A DNA stretch of 64,000 nt, taken from the NCBI GenBank assembly GCA_036522895.1, contig DATDEX010000279.1, positions 69,793 through 133,792 of the forward strand, written 5' to 3'. Source of the stretch: Candidatus Eiseniibacteriota bacterium. GTDB taxonomy: Bacteria; Eisenbacteria; RBG-16-71-46. Below the pieces are notes generated by a model that was given only the letters and a program-made list of their open reading frames with translations, was not told where the DNA came from and searched no databases. Both the position numbers and the translations under genes were made by a program. Below are positions 37,349 to 46,381 of this stretch, in pieces; the first letter of the stretch is position 1; each line of letters opens with the position of its first letter.

Positions 37349-38251
37349 ATGATTCGATTGACCGTTTCTTCCGCCGACGAAGTCCTAGCGTGGCTCTCAC
37401 ATGAGCTCGTCCACCACGGGCGTGAAGTCCAGCCCCGGGGACGCCGCACCTTGGAGATAGCGCCTTGCGCGTTCACGCTCTCGAACCCCCGGGCACGCAA
37501 GATTGCCAACACACACCGACGTTGGAACGAGGCGCTGGCCGTCGGTGAACTGGCATGGCATCTGGCCGGCTCGGACGATCTCGATGCCATCGCGTATTAC
37601 GCGAAGGCGTGGCGCGGCTTCTCGGACGACGGCCGCACCATCCATGGAAGCTGCTATGGCCGCAAGATCTTCGGCGGCGGGGCGGGTGCTAGTCAGTGGG
37701 ACCGCGTCCGCGCTGAACTTCAGCACGATCCTGATTCGAGACGGGCACTGCTCGCAATTGCAGATCCGCATCATGACCTGAGCGCTTCGAGCAAGGATGT
37801 GCCGTGCCTGACGGCGTTGCAGTTTTTGATTCGTGACGGAGCGCTACATGCCGTCGCCTTCATGCGCAGTAATGACCTCATCTGGGGGCTTTGCTACGAC
37901 CTCTACCTGCTCACCATGCTTCAAGAACTGATGGCCTGCGAGCTCGGCGTGGGACTAGGCCAGTACACGCACGTCGCCACCTCGATGCATGTCTATGAGC
38001 AGCACTTGGAGATGGTGAGGCGAATCGCCGACTCGAACCCGCCTAGGATTGCTCCGCCAATGGAGCCTCTCGGCCAGCCCAAGCAGAAGGAGGAGTTCAT
38101 CCGGCTCGAGCGTGTCTTGAGGGAGGGTGGCAATGCGACGACCGAAGGGTTGGATCCTTTCTGGAAGGGGCTTGCGAAGCCGCTACTCCGACTGGCCGAA
38201 AGACGTCGCGCGCGGCTGCACCCGACGCCGACGCACGAGATAACCGTCTGA
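37349..38251 (+). CDS. Thymidylate synthase / dCMP (dUMP) hydroxymethylase family protein
   Basis: ELAWHLAG, GSCYG, DPDSRRALL, DVPCLTALQF...MRSNDLIWGLCYDLYLL, THVATSMHVYEQH all align to ThyA conserved blocks including the catalytic Cys. Confidence 0.8.
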   Translation: MIRLTVSSADEVLAWLSHELVHHGREVQPRGRRTLEIAPCAFTLSNPRARKIANTHRRWNEALAVGELAWHLAGSDDLDAIAYYAKAWRGFSDDGRTIHGSCYGRKIFGGGAGASQWDRVRAELQHDPDSRRALLAIADPHHDLSASSKDVPCLTALQFLIRDGALHAVAFMRSNDLIWGLCYDLYLLTMLQELMACELGVGLGQYTHVATSMHVYEQHLEMVRRIADSNPPRIAPPMEPLGQPKQKEEFIRLERVLREGGNATTEGLDPFWKGLAKPLLRLAERRRARLHPTPTHEITV

Positions 38252-38273
38252 GCGTGACGCCCGGCGGCGGAGA

Positions 38274-38717
38274 TTGCAGCACGCGCACGGGCGGCGCCAT
38301 CTGAGGTGGGACACGTCCTTGAGTGACATCAGCGTTGAAGCCTTAGGGCAGCTACGGTTGGCGGCATGGCGCGCAAGAGACCACGCGCGCACCTACAGCG
38401 GTATCAAGGTCGGTGCGGCTGTCTTGACCGCGGCGGGCGAGGTATTCGCCGGGTGCAATCTCGAGCATCGTTTCCGGGCCCATGATATTCACGCCGAGAC
38501 GAACGCAATCGGCTCCTTCGTCGCGGGCAGCGTGTCGACCGTCGTCGCGGTGTTGGTGGCATCAGAGGAAGCGCTCTTTACGCCGTGTGGCGGGTGCATG
38601 GATTGGATCTTCGAGCATGGTGGAGCGGATTGCGTGGTCTACGTCATGAGCTCCCGGGATACGGCGCCGATGACGTGGCGCGCCTCCGAGCTCATGCCGC
38701 ATTACCCGCATCAGTAA
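38274..38717 (+). CDS. Cytidine/deoxycytidylate deaminase (CDA-fold) protein
   Basis: HAETNAI (H-A-E) and TPCGGCMDW (PC-x-x-C) zinc-ligand motifs. Upstream of the HAE block: ...SGIKVGAAVL, as seen upstream of the H-A-E zinc motif in CDA-fold enzymes. Confidence 0.75.
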   Translation: MQHAHGRRHLRWDTSLSDISVEALGQLRLAAWRARDHARTYSGIKVGAAVLTAAGEVFAGCNLEHRFRAHDIHAETNAIGSFVAGSVSTVVAVLVASEEALFTPCGGCMDWIFEHGGADCVVYVMSSRDTAPMTWRASELMPHYPHQ

Positions 38718-38759
38718 CCGGGTTGGTGGGCTGACGTTGGTGCGATCCGGCATCATTCC

Positions 38760-38937
38760 GGGTAATGGGCGCCTCGACCACCTCGGGTACCTGAGCATGG
38801 GCTCGACGTCTATCTACGCCCGCATGACGGGCCAACACCGGGTTGCGGTGTTCCGCGAGCTCGCCCGCTCGCCGTGGATCGTCCAGCCCGGAACGGGATT
38901 CTCCGCAGTTCGACAACTTGAACGGAAGTCGCCATGA
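38760..38937 (+). pseudogene. 3'-terminal fragment (~50 codons) of a tyrosine recombinase gene. About 85% nucleotide identity to the 3' end of the intact gene at 44883..45725.
   Basis: Encodes ...GSTSIYARMTGQHRVAVFRELARSPWIVQPG, versus intact ...RSTSIYARITDRHRVAVFRELARSPWIVQPG. Both copies end ...gtcgccATGaa. Confidence 0.65.
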
Positions 38938-38977
38938 ACGCACGCCGTCTGCCGCTCATGATCCGGAGCTTGGCACC

Positions 38978-40177
38978 ATGGTCCGTTTGAAGATCGCTGA
39001 ACTCTTTGCGGGTATTGGTGGTGTCGCGGGCGGGCTCCTGGACGCCGGCGGCTTCGATCCCGTGCTGCTTATCGATCGTGAGCCGCTGGCAGCGAAGGTC
39101 TTCAATGCCAACTTCCCGACCTACGCGCCCCGCTACCACACGCGATCTGTCAGCGCCCGACTCACCGGGAGGGAGCTGCTGGAGCAGGCCGGGGGCGAGA
39201 TCGACGGCATTCTCGGCTGCCCGCCATGTCAAGGATACAGCGCCGCCGGCCTTCGTGACCCGGACGACGCGCGCAATCAGCTCCTGGACGAGATGCGGCG
39301 ACTCATCGCCTCGATCGAGCCGCTCTTCTTCCTCATCGAGAATGTCCCCAGCCTCAGGAGTTCCCATCAGTTTGAACGGTTCGGCCAGTCGCTCGAATCG
39401 AAGTACGAGATTGCGGCGCAAGTCCTCAACGCGGCCGAGTTCGGCATCCCACAACTTCGGCGCAGGCTCGTGGTGTTGGGCGTCCACCGGTGCGCGAAAG
39501 TATCGCCGTCCTTTCCGACGCCGACGCACGGCGGCAAGGGACGCGTCTTCGACTACTGCAGTGGCAGGTATCTCCGACCCAGCTCACCTGCCGGTCGTCA
39601 GGCGTTTCAAGTCGATCCCGGACTTCATTTCGCACGCCGCAAGATGGTGACGCTCTCAGCAGCCCTTGACGACTTGCCTGCCAACCCACCCCTTCATCTT
39701 GGTCGAGGCCTGTCTGGCGACGCTCCACTCGAGTACGCAGGACCGGCGCGGACCACCTTCCAGCGCCGAATGCGGCGAGAATCTCGCCGGCCGACGCACC
39801 ATGTTGCCTGGCGACATCGATCGACCCTCGTCAAGCGTCTGGCGCGGATCGCTCCCGGCGACTGCCCACCAGGCACGGGCGGTAGGTCGCGCAACGCGGA
39901 GTACTTCAGCCAGGCCTACGCTCGGCTTCACCCAGCCGGTCTGGCCCGCACCGTAACGACGAACTTTCACAATCCAGGATCCGGCCGCTTCACTCACTAT
40001 GCGGTGCCGCGCGCCTTGACGCTGCGAGAGGCGATGCGGCTTCAAAGCTTCCCGGACAGCTTCGTCCTGCCGGAAATGCACCTGAGTGAAGCTGAGCGGC
40101 TTATCGGCAACGCCTTCCCCCGGCGCTTAGCTGAAGTCCTTGGTCGACACATCGCGCGGCTGCTCAGCGGGAGGTAG
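38978..40177 (+). CDS. DNA (cytosine-5)-methyltransferase 2
   Basis: LFAGIGG, PPCQGYS, ENV, QLRRRLVV motifs. Confidence 0.9.
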   Translation: MVRLKIAELFAGIGGVAGGLLDAGGFDPVLLIDREPLAAKVFNANFPTYAPRYHTRSVSARLTGRELLEQAGGEIDGILGCPPCQGYSAAGLRDPDDARNQLLDEMRRLIASIEPLFFLIENVPSLRSSHQFERFGQSLESKYEIAAQVLNAAEFGIPQLRRRLVVLGVHRCAKVSPSFPTPTHGGKGRVFDYCSGRYLRPSSPAGRQAFQVDPGLHFARRKMVTLSAALDDLPANPPLHLGRGLSGDAPLEYAGPARTTFQRRMRRESRRPTHHVAWRHRSTLVKRLARIAPGDCPPGTGGRSRNAEYFSQAYARLHPAGLARTVTTNFHNPGSGRFTHYAVPRALTLREAMRLQSFPDSFVLPEMHLSEAERLIGNAFPRRLAEVLGRHIARLLSGR

Positions 40178-42391
40178 TGTCGTCGGCTCCGGCCCGGCAT
40201 CGCCCAGCGCTTCCCCGCGCCGAACGGTCAGTTTGGCCATTCGCTCAAGCTGCTTCCTGAGCCTCTGAAGAGACACGTACTCTATCGTTGTGCGTGGAAC
40301 TGCCATGCCCCGCAGCCCCTTCATGGCACTCAGGTTCGCGGCGATGGCTTGCTGCAATTCCGAAATAAGCTTGTGACCGAGCACCTTGCACTTCTCGTGT
40401 GCCTCGTAGATCACGAAGGGTATGAGTCGCGGCAGCCGGCGCCGGCTCATGATGTTGTGGTCTTGATCAAGGGCCCATTTGGATGAGTGGACCCCACGAA
40501 CGATCAGGTCGGCGACGTGCATCACCCGTGCGGATCGTTGTTCGGCGCCTCGCGTGCGTATCGAGTCGAGAAACTCGAACCGTGGGAACCGAATCTGTGG
40601 GCTGCCGCCGGGACGCCCCAGGTAGAACATGCCAAAGTCCGCGTACTCGCACATGCGCACGTACTCGTCCTCGGCAATGTCCCGACCGTCGAACCACGGC
40701 CGCTCGCCGGAGCCCGAGTGGTTGTAGCGCTTCACCTGTTCCGCCAGCTGCTCTTCGAAGAAGCGTCGCCAATCGCCAGGCTCTCGGACGCGGTGGACCC
40801 GGAAGAGGCTCGTCACCATCGCGGTGAAGGGCCGGACGATCACGCAGGTGGAGTAGTACTGCGCCCGGTCAGGCACCGGGGACAGCGAGCACAAGAGCCG
40901 AGTCATCGCGACCGAGTCGCTGATCAGACCCATCCGTTCGAGTTCCCAGTGCGGATCGATCGCCTGACCGAAACGCAGCTCCGATCCCCGCTGGATGTAC
41001 CAGTTGAGAATCCGCGAAAATGTTCGCAGCTGCGTCGATTTCACCGCACCCGCGAACACACGGCGGTCAGAGTCCATCACGTGGCGCAGGATCTTGTAGC
41101 TCAGCCGGATCCCTTCGCGGACCATTTCTCCATAGGATGTCCGATTCGTGTAATTCTGCAGCTCGCGGCTCTGCGGAGACACGGCTCCGTCGCGCAGCAG
41201 CACGTGCGGCTTGGGCAACGCATCGCCGCCTTGTACCGCGTGGGCACCATAGGGCTGCGCCATGCCCGAGAGCAGCGCCTCATCGATCCGGTACTGGACG
41301 ACATCGAGCGCCGTTTTCCTCAGGTGTTCGAACTCCCCGTCGTCGAGGTCCTGGAACCACGGTCGCGAAATGATCATGCCCTTGTTGCCTGGATCCTCCA
41401 GCGCTGCGCGCGTGATCGGAATACCGTGATAGGGCGACGGAAACTTTCCGGGAAAGCTGGGAGGAAGGTCGACATATCCGGCACCGTTATTGAACCACAG
41501 AACCAAACGATCGTCGTCGGCGTAGGCCGCGGCAGGCATGCCTCGCACTTCACCTGGGTGGCTCGATCCGTCGGTACCCGCGATGATCAGTTGTGGCTGG
41601 CGGTCGGGTTCCGGCGTTACCGTCAGGGAGTGTAGGAATGTCGGCCCAAACACGTGGCCTGCGAGCTCGGCCGCCACGGCAGTCCAATCGTCAGCGCCCA
41701 CGTGTCGTTCCACGTCGCGATGGTCGACCGGTACCGGCTTCGCCTCGATCTCCGGAAGATCGGGGATCCTCCAGACCGCCGGGTTGATCCCCAGTTCACC
41801 GTGCACAAAGCGCGCAAAGTCCTGGAGCTGACGTTCCACCTTCTGCCGGTGGGCCTCATCGTTGCCGATGCTCGCGTCGCGCACATCGGCAACGTCCTCA
41901 TCGAGACGATGCGCTATGTCCTTCAGCATGCGAAGGATCAGTTCGCGCGGCTCCTCCTGCAGCAGGCCCTCGGCCGCCTGGCGCATGACGGCCGCCGAGC
42001 GACCCTCGAACTGTTCAACGGTATCGACGTAATAGGCCAGCGCCGTGGTTGGTCCGAGCTCCCACAAGGCCTGATTGAGATCAGGCTGGGAGAGCGGCGT
42101 CAGCGGCGACACGCGTGGCGCCACGGTGTACCGGGCGGCGGCACCGTCGGTTGACCCGTCAGACAGCAGGAAGCCGCGGGCTACCAACTTGGCCACAGTC
42201 CGGTGGTAGGTCGGGAGCGTCGCGGTATCGCCTATACCTCGAGGCTGGACCACTCCCGACTCGTCCTCAACGTGCGCCGAGTCCTTGGCGTGCTCCCAGA
42301 TGTCACGGATGGTCCGCTTGTCCTCCGGCGCATCCTGCAGGTAGCGGACGATCCAAGCGTCGCGTTCGTAAATGCTGATCTGCGTACTCAC
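40127..42391 (-). CDS. Large protein with NurA-like nuclease domain (C-terminal ~480 aa) and an N-terminal extension
   Basis: LIIAGTDGSSHPG matches the NurA motif I (hhAhDGS). The 3' end overlaps methyltransferase 2 convergently. It is adjacent and co-directional with the HerA-like ATPase. Confidence 0.5.
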   Translation of the reverse strand: MSTQISIYERDAWIVRYLQDAPEDKRTIRDIWEHAKDSAHVEDESGVVQPRGIGDTATLPTYHRTVAKLVARGFLLSDGSTDGAAARYTVAPRVSPLTPLSQPDLNQALWELGPTTALAYYVDTVEQFEGRSAAVMRQAAEGLLQEEPRELILRMLKDIAHRLDEDVADVRDASIGNDEAHRQKVERQLQDFARFVHGELGINPAVWRIPDLPEIEAKPVPVDHRDVERHVGADDWTAVAAELAGHVFGPTFLHSLTVTPEPDRQPQLIIAGTDGSSHPGEVRGMPAAAYADDDRLVLWFNNGAGYVDLPPSFPGKFPSPYHGIPITRAALEDPGNKGMIISRPWFQDLDDGEFEHLRKTALDVVQYRIDEALLSGMAQPYGAHAVQGGDALPKPHVLLRDGAVSPQSRELQNYTNRTSYGEMVREGIRLSYKILRHVMDSDRRVFAGAVKSTQLRTFSRILNWYIQRGSELRFGQAIDPHWELERMGLISDSVAMTRLLCSLSPVPDRAQYYSTCVIVRPFTAMVTSLFRVHRVREPGDWRRFFEEQLAEQVKRYNHSGSGERPWFDGRDIAEDEYVRMCEYADFGMFYLGRPGGSPQIRFPRFEFLDSIRTRGAEQRSARVMHVADLIVRGVHSSKWALDQDHNIMSRRRLPRLIPFVIYEAHEKCKVLGHKLISELQQAIAANLSAMKGLRGMAVPRTTIEYVSLQRLRKQLERMAKLTVRRGEALGDAGPEPTTLPPAEQPRDVSTKDFS

Positions 42392-44061
42392 GAACGTGGC
42401 TGCCCATCGCGCGTGCTGGTCGGAATCTCGCGTCGAGCGGTCCAGCCTCGTTTGGCCAAGTCCGCGAAAATGTCAGGCGTCGCGCCGCCGACCGGCGTTC
42501 GCCGCCGACGGATGTCGACCAGGGTGGCGTGCTTGACCGTCTCGGACACGCCGCTCAGCACGCACGTGCCGATCGGCGCCCTGGTCAGCCGATGAATCAT
42601 CGCCTCCGGGGCATCCGAAAACACGCCGCGCAGGGATTCGAGCTGATCAGGCTCGATGGCGAAGATGAACCGCGTAAGCAGACGCTTCAGCAGCGGCCGA
42701 TCGAGGTCGGCGGGGCTCTGACTGGTGAGGATGAGGCCGATCCGGTAGTGGCGCCCGATGCGCGCGATCTCGCGCAGGACCTGTGTGGTGACCACCTTGT
42801 CATCGTTGGGGGCGATGAGGTGTGCCTCGTCCATCGACAAGACCACGAAGGGAATCTTTCGGGCGCGCGCCAGTCGCTGGATATCGCGCGCCACGGCCGC
42901 GGCGATAAGCCGCAAGTCCGACACCGAGAGGCCACGGCAGTCGATGTTGATAATTCTGCCGGGCGTGAGCTCCTGCTCCCAATCGAAGGGTGCGCCGATG
43001 TACGGGATGTTTTCCAGGCTGCGCGCTCGGAGCATCGCCGGGCGGAAAGTTTGTGCTTTCATCTCGAGCGCCGGGGCCAGCTCTTCGATCTTGGCGATCA
43101 GCGCGTCGACGCCGAACTCTTTGCCACCGCGCAGCACCTGATTGAGCAGCGACTCGTGGGCGAACTGAACCAGTGTTTCGATATTCGTGCCCTTGTTGAT
43201 GGCGGGGATCGAATCGATGATTTCGTCCGGCTGGAGAGCGCTAAGCGGCAGGCTGAAGCCGTCGCCTGGCCGAACATTGGTGCCACCGAGGCTCGTGGTC
43301 GCATCAACCATCTCACCCAAGGGGTCGATGTTGATCTGCGGGACGCCATGACTCCAGAGCTCCTCGGCCACGACGCCGCGGCCATATGACTTGCCGCGTC
43401 CGATTCCACCGCAGAAGAAGATGTGCGTTTGCACCACATCGCGGCGCAATCGCACGGTCACGTCGGGCAATCCATGAATCGTTCCCACTTCAAGGCCGCT
43501 CTGCGAGTCGGGCGCAAAATTGAGCGCCTGCGCGATCAGCCCCGGCTGCACGACCACCACGGGACTGCCCGAGAGGGGGAGGGTCTCGACAGACTCGATT
43601 CGGTCGAGGCTTCCGTCCAATTTGAAGACCACTTCCTCGAGCGGATCGGCCGAGGCGGCGCGATAGATGACGGTCGACTGGCCCTCTGGCGCGTACCTGG
43701 TCTCAAACGGGATCACGTCGCTCACCGTCGAGCTCAGTGCGTCCTCATGCGGGTTCTGCTCCCACACGCCTTCGACCCGAATGAGCGTGAGGACGCTCGG
43801 GCCATTAATCTGCTTTCCCCGGACTCCCAACACCCGGCCGGCGGTCGTGTCTTGCCCGGGAAGAAGCCGGAACAGCACCTTGTCCAGGCTCGGAGACTCG
43901 CGCTCGCAGATGACCCGGCCGATCACGACGTCATTCTGATCCGCCTCGGTCCCGACGAGAGGCGGCTGATCGAACTCGGCTTCCTCCTGCCCCCTTGCGC
44001 TCATGGTGCCATCCTTCATAGCATCTCCTTCGATTCGGTGCGCGGGTCCTTCGGTGAACAT
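42388..44061 (-). CDS. HerA/FtsK-superfamily ATPase (HAS-barrel + RecA-like core)
   Basis: Walker A GGIGRGKS. Walker B VVLSMDEAH. LILTSQSP (TQxP). N-terminal HAS-barrel-like VVIGRVICERESP...RVLGVRGK. Start placed at MFTEGP; the listed 44157 start adds an Arg/Pro-rich N-terminus. Confidence 0.7.
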   Translation of the reverse strand: MFTEGPAHRIEGDAMKDGTMSARGQEEAEFDQPPLVGTEADQNDVVIGRVICERESPSLDKVLFRLLPGQDTTAGRVLGVRGKQINGPSVLTLIRVEGVWEQNPHEDALSSTVSDVIPFETRYAPEGQSTVIYRAASADPLEEVVFKLDGSLDRIESVETLPLSGSPVVVVQPGLIAQALNFAPDSQSGLEVGTIHGLPDVTVRLRRDVVQTHIFFCGGIGRGKSYGRGVVAEELWSHGVPQINIDPLGEMVDATTSLGGTNVRPGDGFSLPLSALQPDEIIDSIPAINKGTNIETLVQFAHESLLNQVLRGGKEFGVDALIAKIEELAPALEMKAQTFRPAMLRARSLENIPYIGAPFDWEQELTPGRIINIDCRGLSVSDLRLIAAAVARDIQRLARARKIPFVVLSMDEAHLIAPNDDKVVTTQVLREIARIGRHYRIGLILTSQSPADLDRPLLKRLLTRFIFAIEPDQLESLRGVFSDAPEAMIHRLTRAPIGTCVLSGVSETVKHATLVDIRRRRTPVGGATPDIFADLAKRGWTARREIPTSTRDGQPRS

Positions 44062-44361
44062 GACTTGCTGTGGGGGAGGAGCCGGCGCGGGTACGCCGGC
44101 TCCGACCCCCGTTCCCCCCGGTCGGGAGCTAGGCCGCCTGACGGCGGACCTGCGCACCCGGAGCCTGCTTCTTCACGAGATCGATGCTGTGGTCACAGTC
44201 CGCCTCGTTGACGTAGCCGTCCGTGGAGCGACAGATCTCCCGGCCGTTGGGGGACATGAACCGCCAGTACCACTGGCGGTCCCGACCCGGAAACTTCTCG
44301 AAGTAGTACATCCGCGCGATCACCTCCTTCCGTTGAGGGATCCGGAGCCGCTGACAGCAAC

Positions 44362-44850
44362 GTGTTATTCATTTCGCGGTTCCGAGAAACACGAAATGAT
44401 TACCGCTGCCGTGCGTCGGCTACAAGTCAGGTATTTGTGAATTCGCGCGACAACCTCACTCCCGAGCAGCGGGTACGGGCGATGCGGGCGGTGCGGTCGA
44501 CGTCCTCGGCCGAGGCCACCGTCCGGGACGCGCTCCGGGCTCTAAAGGTGCGGATTGGTAGAGGGCTCACCTTGCCGGGCCGTCCGGACTTTGTTCTCCC
44601 CGACCAACGGATCGCCCTCTTCGTCAACGGCTGCTTTTGGCACGCCCACGGATGTCGGCCGCTGTACCCGGTCGCGAACCGTTCCTACTGGAAGCAGAAG
44701 CTCGCGTCGAATGTCCGGCGCGACCGTCGAGTTCGCCGCCAACTGAATAGGGCAGGGTGGAGCGTCGTCGTCTTGTGGGAGTGCAAGCTCTCGAAGCAGG
44801 ACCCCGCCGCCTCCGTCCTGCGGGTGATGAAGAGAGCTCGAAGGTATTGA
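44362..44850 (+). CDS. Vsr-family endonuclease paralogue with Asn in place of the catalytic Asp
   Basis: IALFVNGCFWHAHGC read directly from cgtcaacggctgcttttggcac. Otherwise Vsr-like. Confidence 0.75.
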   Translation: MLFISRFRETRNDYRCRASATSQVFVNSRDNLTPEQRVRAMRAVRSTSSAEATVRDALRALKVRIGRGLTLPGRPDFVLPDQRIALFVNGCFWHAHGCRPLYPVANRSYWKQKLASNVRRDRRVRRQLNRAGWSVVVLWECKLSKQDPAASVLRVMKRARRY

Positions 44851-44882
44851 CGGGCGGTGATGCCGGAGCTACTTTGAAATGA

Positions 44883-45725
44883 GTGCGCCGTTTAGCAGAA
44901 GCGCGCACTCCAAGGCTCCGCGGCACGATACCCCCAATCCTTGCTGCGTTTGAGCCGATCCCCGAGTCGCTGAAGGGCCCGGGGCTGCCCGTCGCCCGAC
45001 ACAAAGACGCCCGGTTTGCGGGCGATCGCTACCCACTGCGCGCTTCTGCTATTACGCGCAGTGACGTCGGGGCGGCGATCCTAGATCTCCCCACCTTGTC
45101 CATCCTCCCGCACTCCCATCAGCGCCCACCTCGCTACCTCACGCAGGGTGAAGTTCAGCGCTTCTTCTCGGTGATCGCCGACCCGCGCGATCGGGCGTTA
45201 TTCGTGCTGATGTACCACCACGGCCTGCGCGTGGGGGAGGTCCTGCTGTTAACTCGCGGCGACCTCGACCTCACTCGCGGACGACTGCTCGTCCGCCGCC
45301 TCAAGGGCGGCGTCTGGAGCGAGCAGATCCTCTTCGCAGGGACGATTCAGCTGCTCCGTGCCCATTTGGCCCGGACTGCCGGAGGGCCCGAGGCGCCGCT
45401 CTTTGCCGGCCGAGACGGACCGCTCCGCTGCCGGCAGATCCAGCTGCGGTTCGTTCGATACCGCCAGCGTGCTGGGCTCTCCGCACACCTGACGACTCAC
45501 TCGCTGCGGCATTCGATCGCCACCCACCTGCTCGACGCGGGCGTCAACCTCGAGTTCGTCCAGGACCACCTCGGCCACCAGAGCATCCGCTCGACGTCGA
45601 TCTATGCCCGCATCACCGACCGGCACCGCGTCGCCGTGTTTCGCGAGCTCGCGCGCTCCCCGTGGATCGTCCAGCCCGGTAGCGAAGTTCCCGCCGTCCA
45701 ACCACCAGAAACGAGGTCGCCATGA
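44883..45725 (+). CDS. Tyrosine recombinase (short form; catalytic domain)
   Basis: LRHSIATHLLDAGVNLEFVQDHLGHQSIRSTSIYARI. Confidence 0.8.
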   Translation: MRRLAEARTPRLRGTIPPILAAFEPIPESLKGPGLPVARHKDARFAGDRYPLRASAITRSDVGAAILDLPTLSILPHSHQRPPRYLTQGEVQRFFSVIADPRDRALFVLMYHHGLRVGEVLLLTRGDLDLTRGRLLVRRLKGGVWSEQILFAGTIQLLRAHLARTAGGPEAPLFAGRDGPLRCRQIQLRFVRYRQRAGLSAHLTTHSLRHSIATHLLDAGVNLEFVQDHLGHQSIRSTSIYARITDRHRVAVFRELARSPWIVQPGSEVPAVQPPETRSP

Positions 45726-46381
45726 ATACCCGCCACGTGTTTCTGATCCTCGGGATTGCCGTCGCCGCTGGATGCTCGAAGAACAGCAGCAGCCCCACAA
45801 CTCCTGGTGGTGGAGGCGGTAGCGGCAATCCGACGCTCAACGTGGCCGCCGATTCCATCCGGATGCTGACCGACAACAGCTGCACGGTGCACGCCACGGC
45901 CACGGATCCGAGCGGCTTTCAACTGACCTTTGCGTACGTGGCGAAGGGCGGAACCGTGGCGGCGGGAAGCTCGACGTCGACGAGTGCGATCTTCACCCCC
46001 ACGCGGATCGGGAACGATTCGGTCCTCGTCACCGTCAGCAATGGGCACGGGGGCCAGGCCTCCGCCACGCTGCTCGTCTACGCCGTGGACCGGTTTGCGC
46101 CTGGGCACAGCCAGAGCTTGGGCTGCGCGTTCAACTTCACGCCCGCCGAGAGCCTCTTCGTCCTCGATTGCACTGTCTGTGTTTCCATCGGCGCCGGGGG
46201 GTGTCAGGTCACGGGCGTCACCAGTTTTCCCCCGGATGTGCTCCCGCCCGGTGTGCCCTACACCTTCTGGCCCGCAGACGATCCGGGGCAGACCTGCAAG
46301 GACTTCCTCCAGAGCTGGGACATCACCGTCCGGCGGCCGCTGCCAGACGGGCGGATTTACCGCTTCGCGGGACTGCGCTGA
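45722..46381 (+). CDS. Lipoprotein (signal peptide + lipobox AAGCS), Ig-like
   Basis: LILGIAVAAGCSKNSSS. Start overlaps the integrase stop (gccATGAat). Confidence 0.6.
   Translation: MNTRHVFLILGIAVAAGCSKNSSSPTTPGGGGGSGNPTLNVAADSIRMLTDNSCTVHATATDPSGFQLTFAYVAKGGTVAAGSSTSTSAIFTPTRIGNDSVLVTVSNGHGGQASATLLVYAVDRFAPGHSQSLGCAFNFTPAESLFVLDCTVCVSIGAGGCQVTGVTSFPPDVLPPGVPYTFWPADDPGQTCKDFLQSWDITVRRPLPDGRIYRFAGLR

Noticed and set aside
44062-44157. HerA-like ATPase start at 44157 (as listed)
   Set aside because: The first ~30 residues are Arg/Pro/Gly low-complexity. A later Met (MFTEGP) precedes the HAS-barrel. Either is possible, so a low-weight choice.
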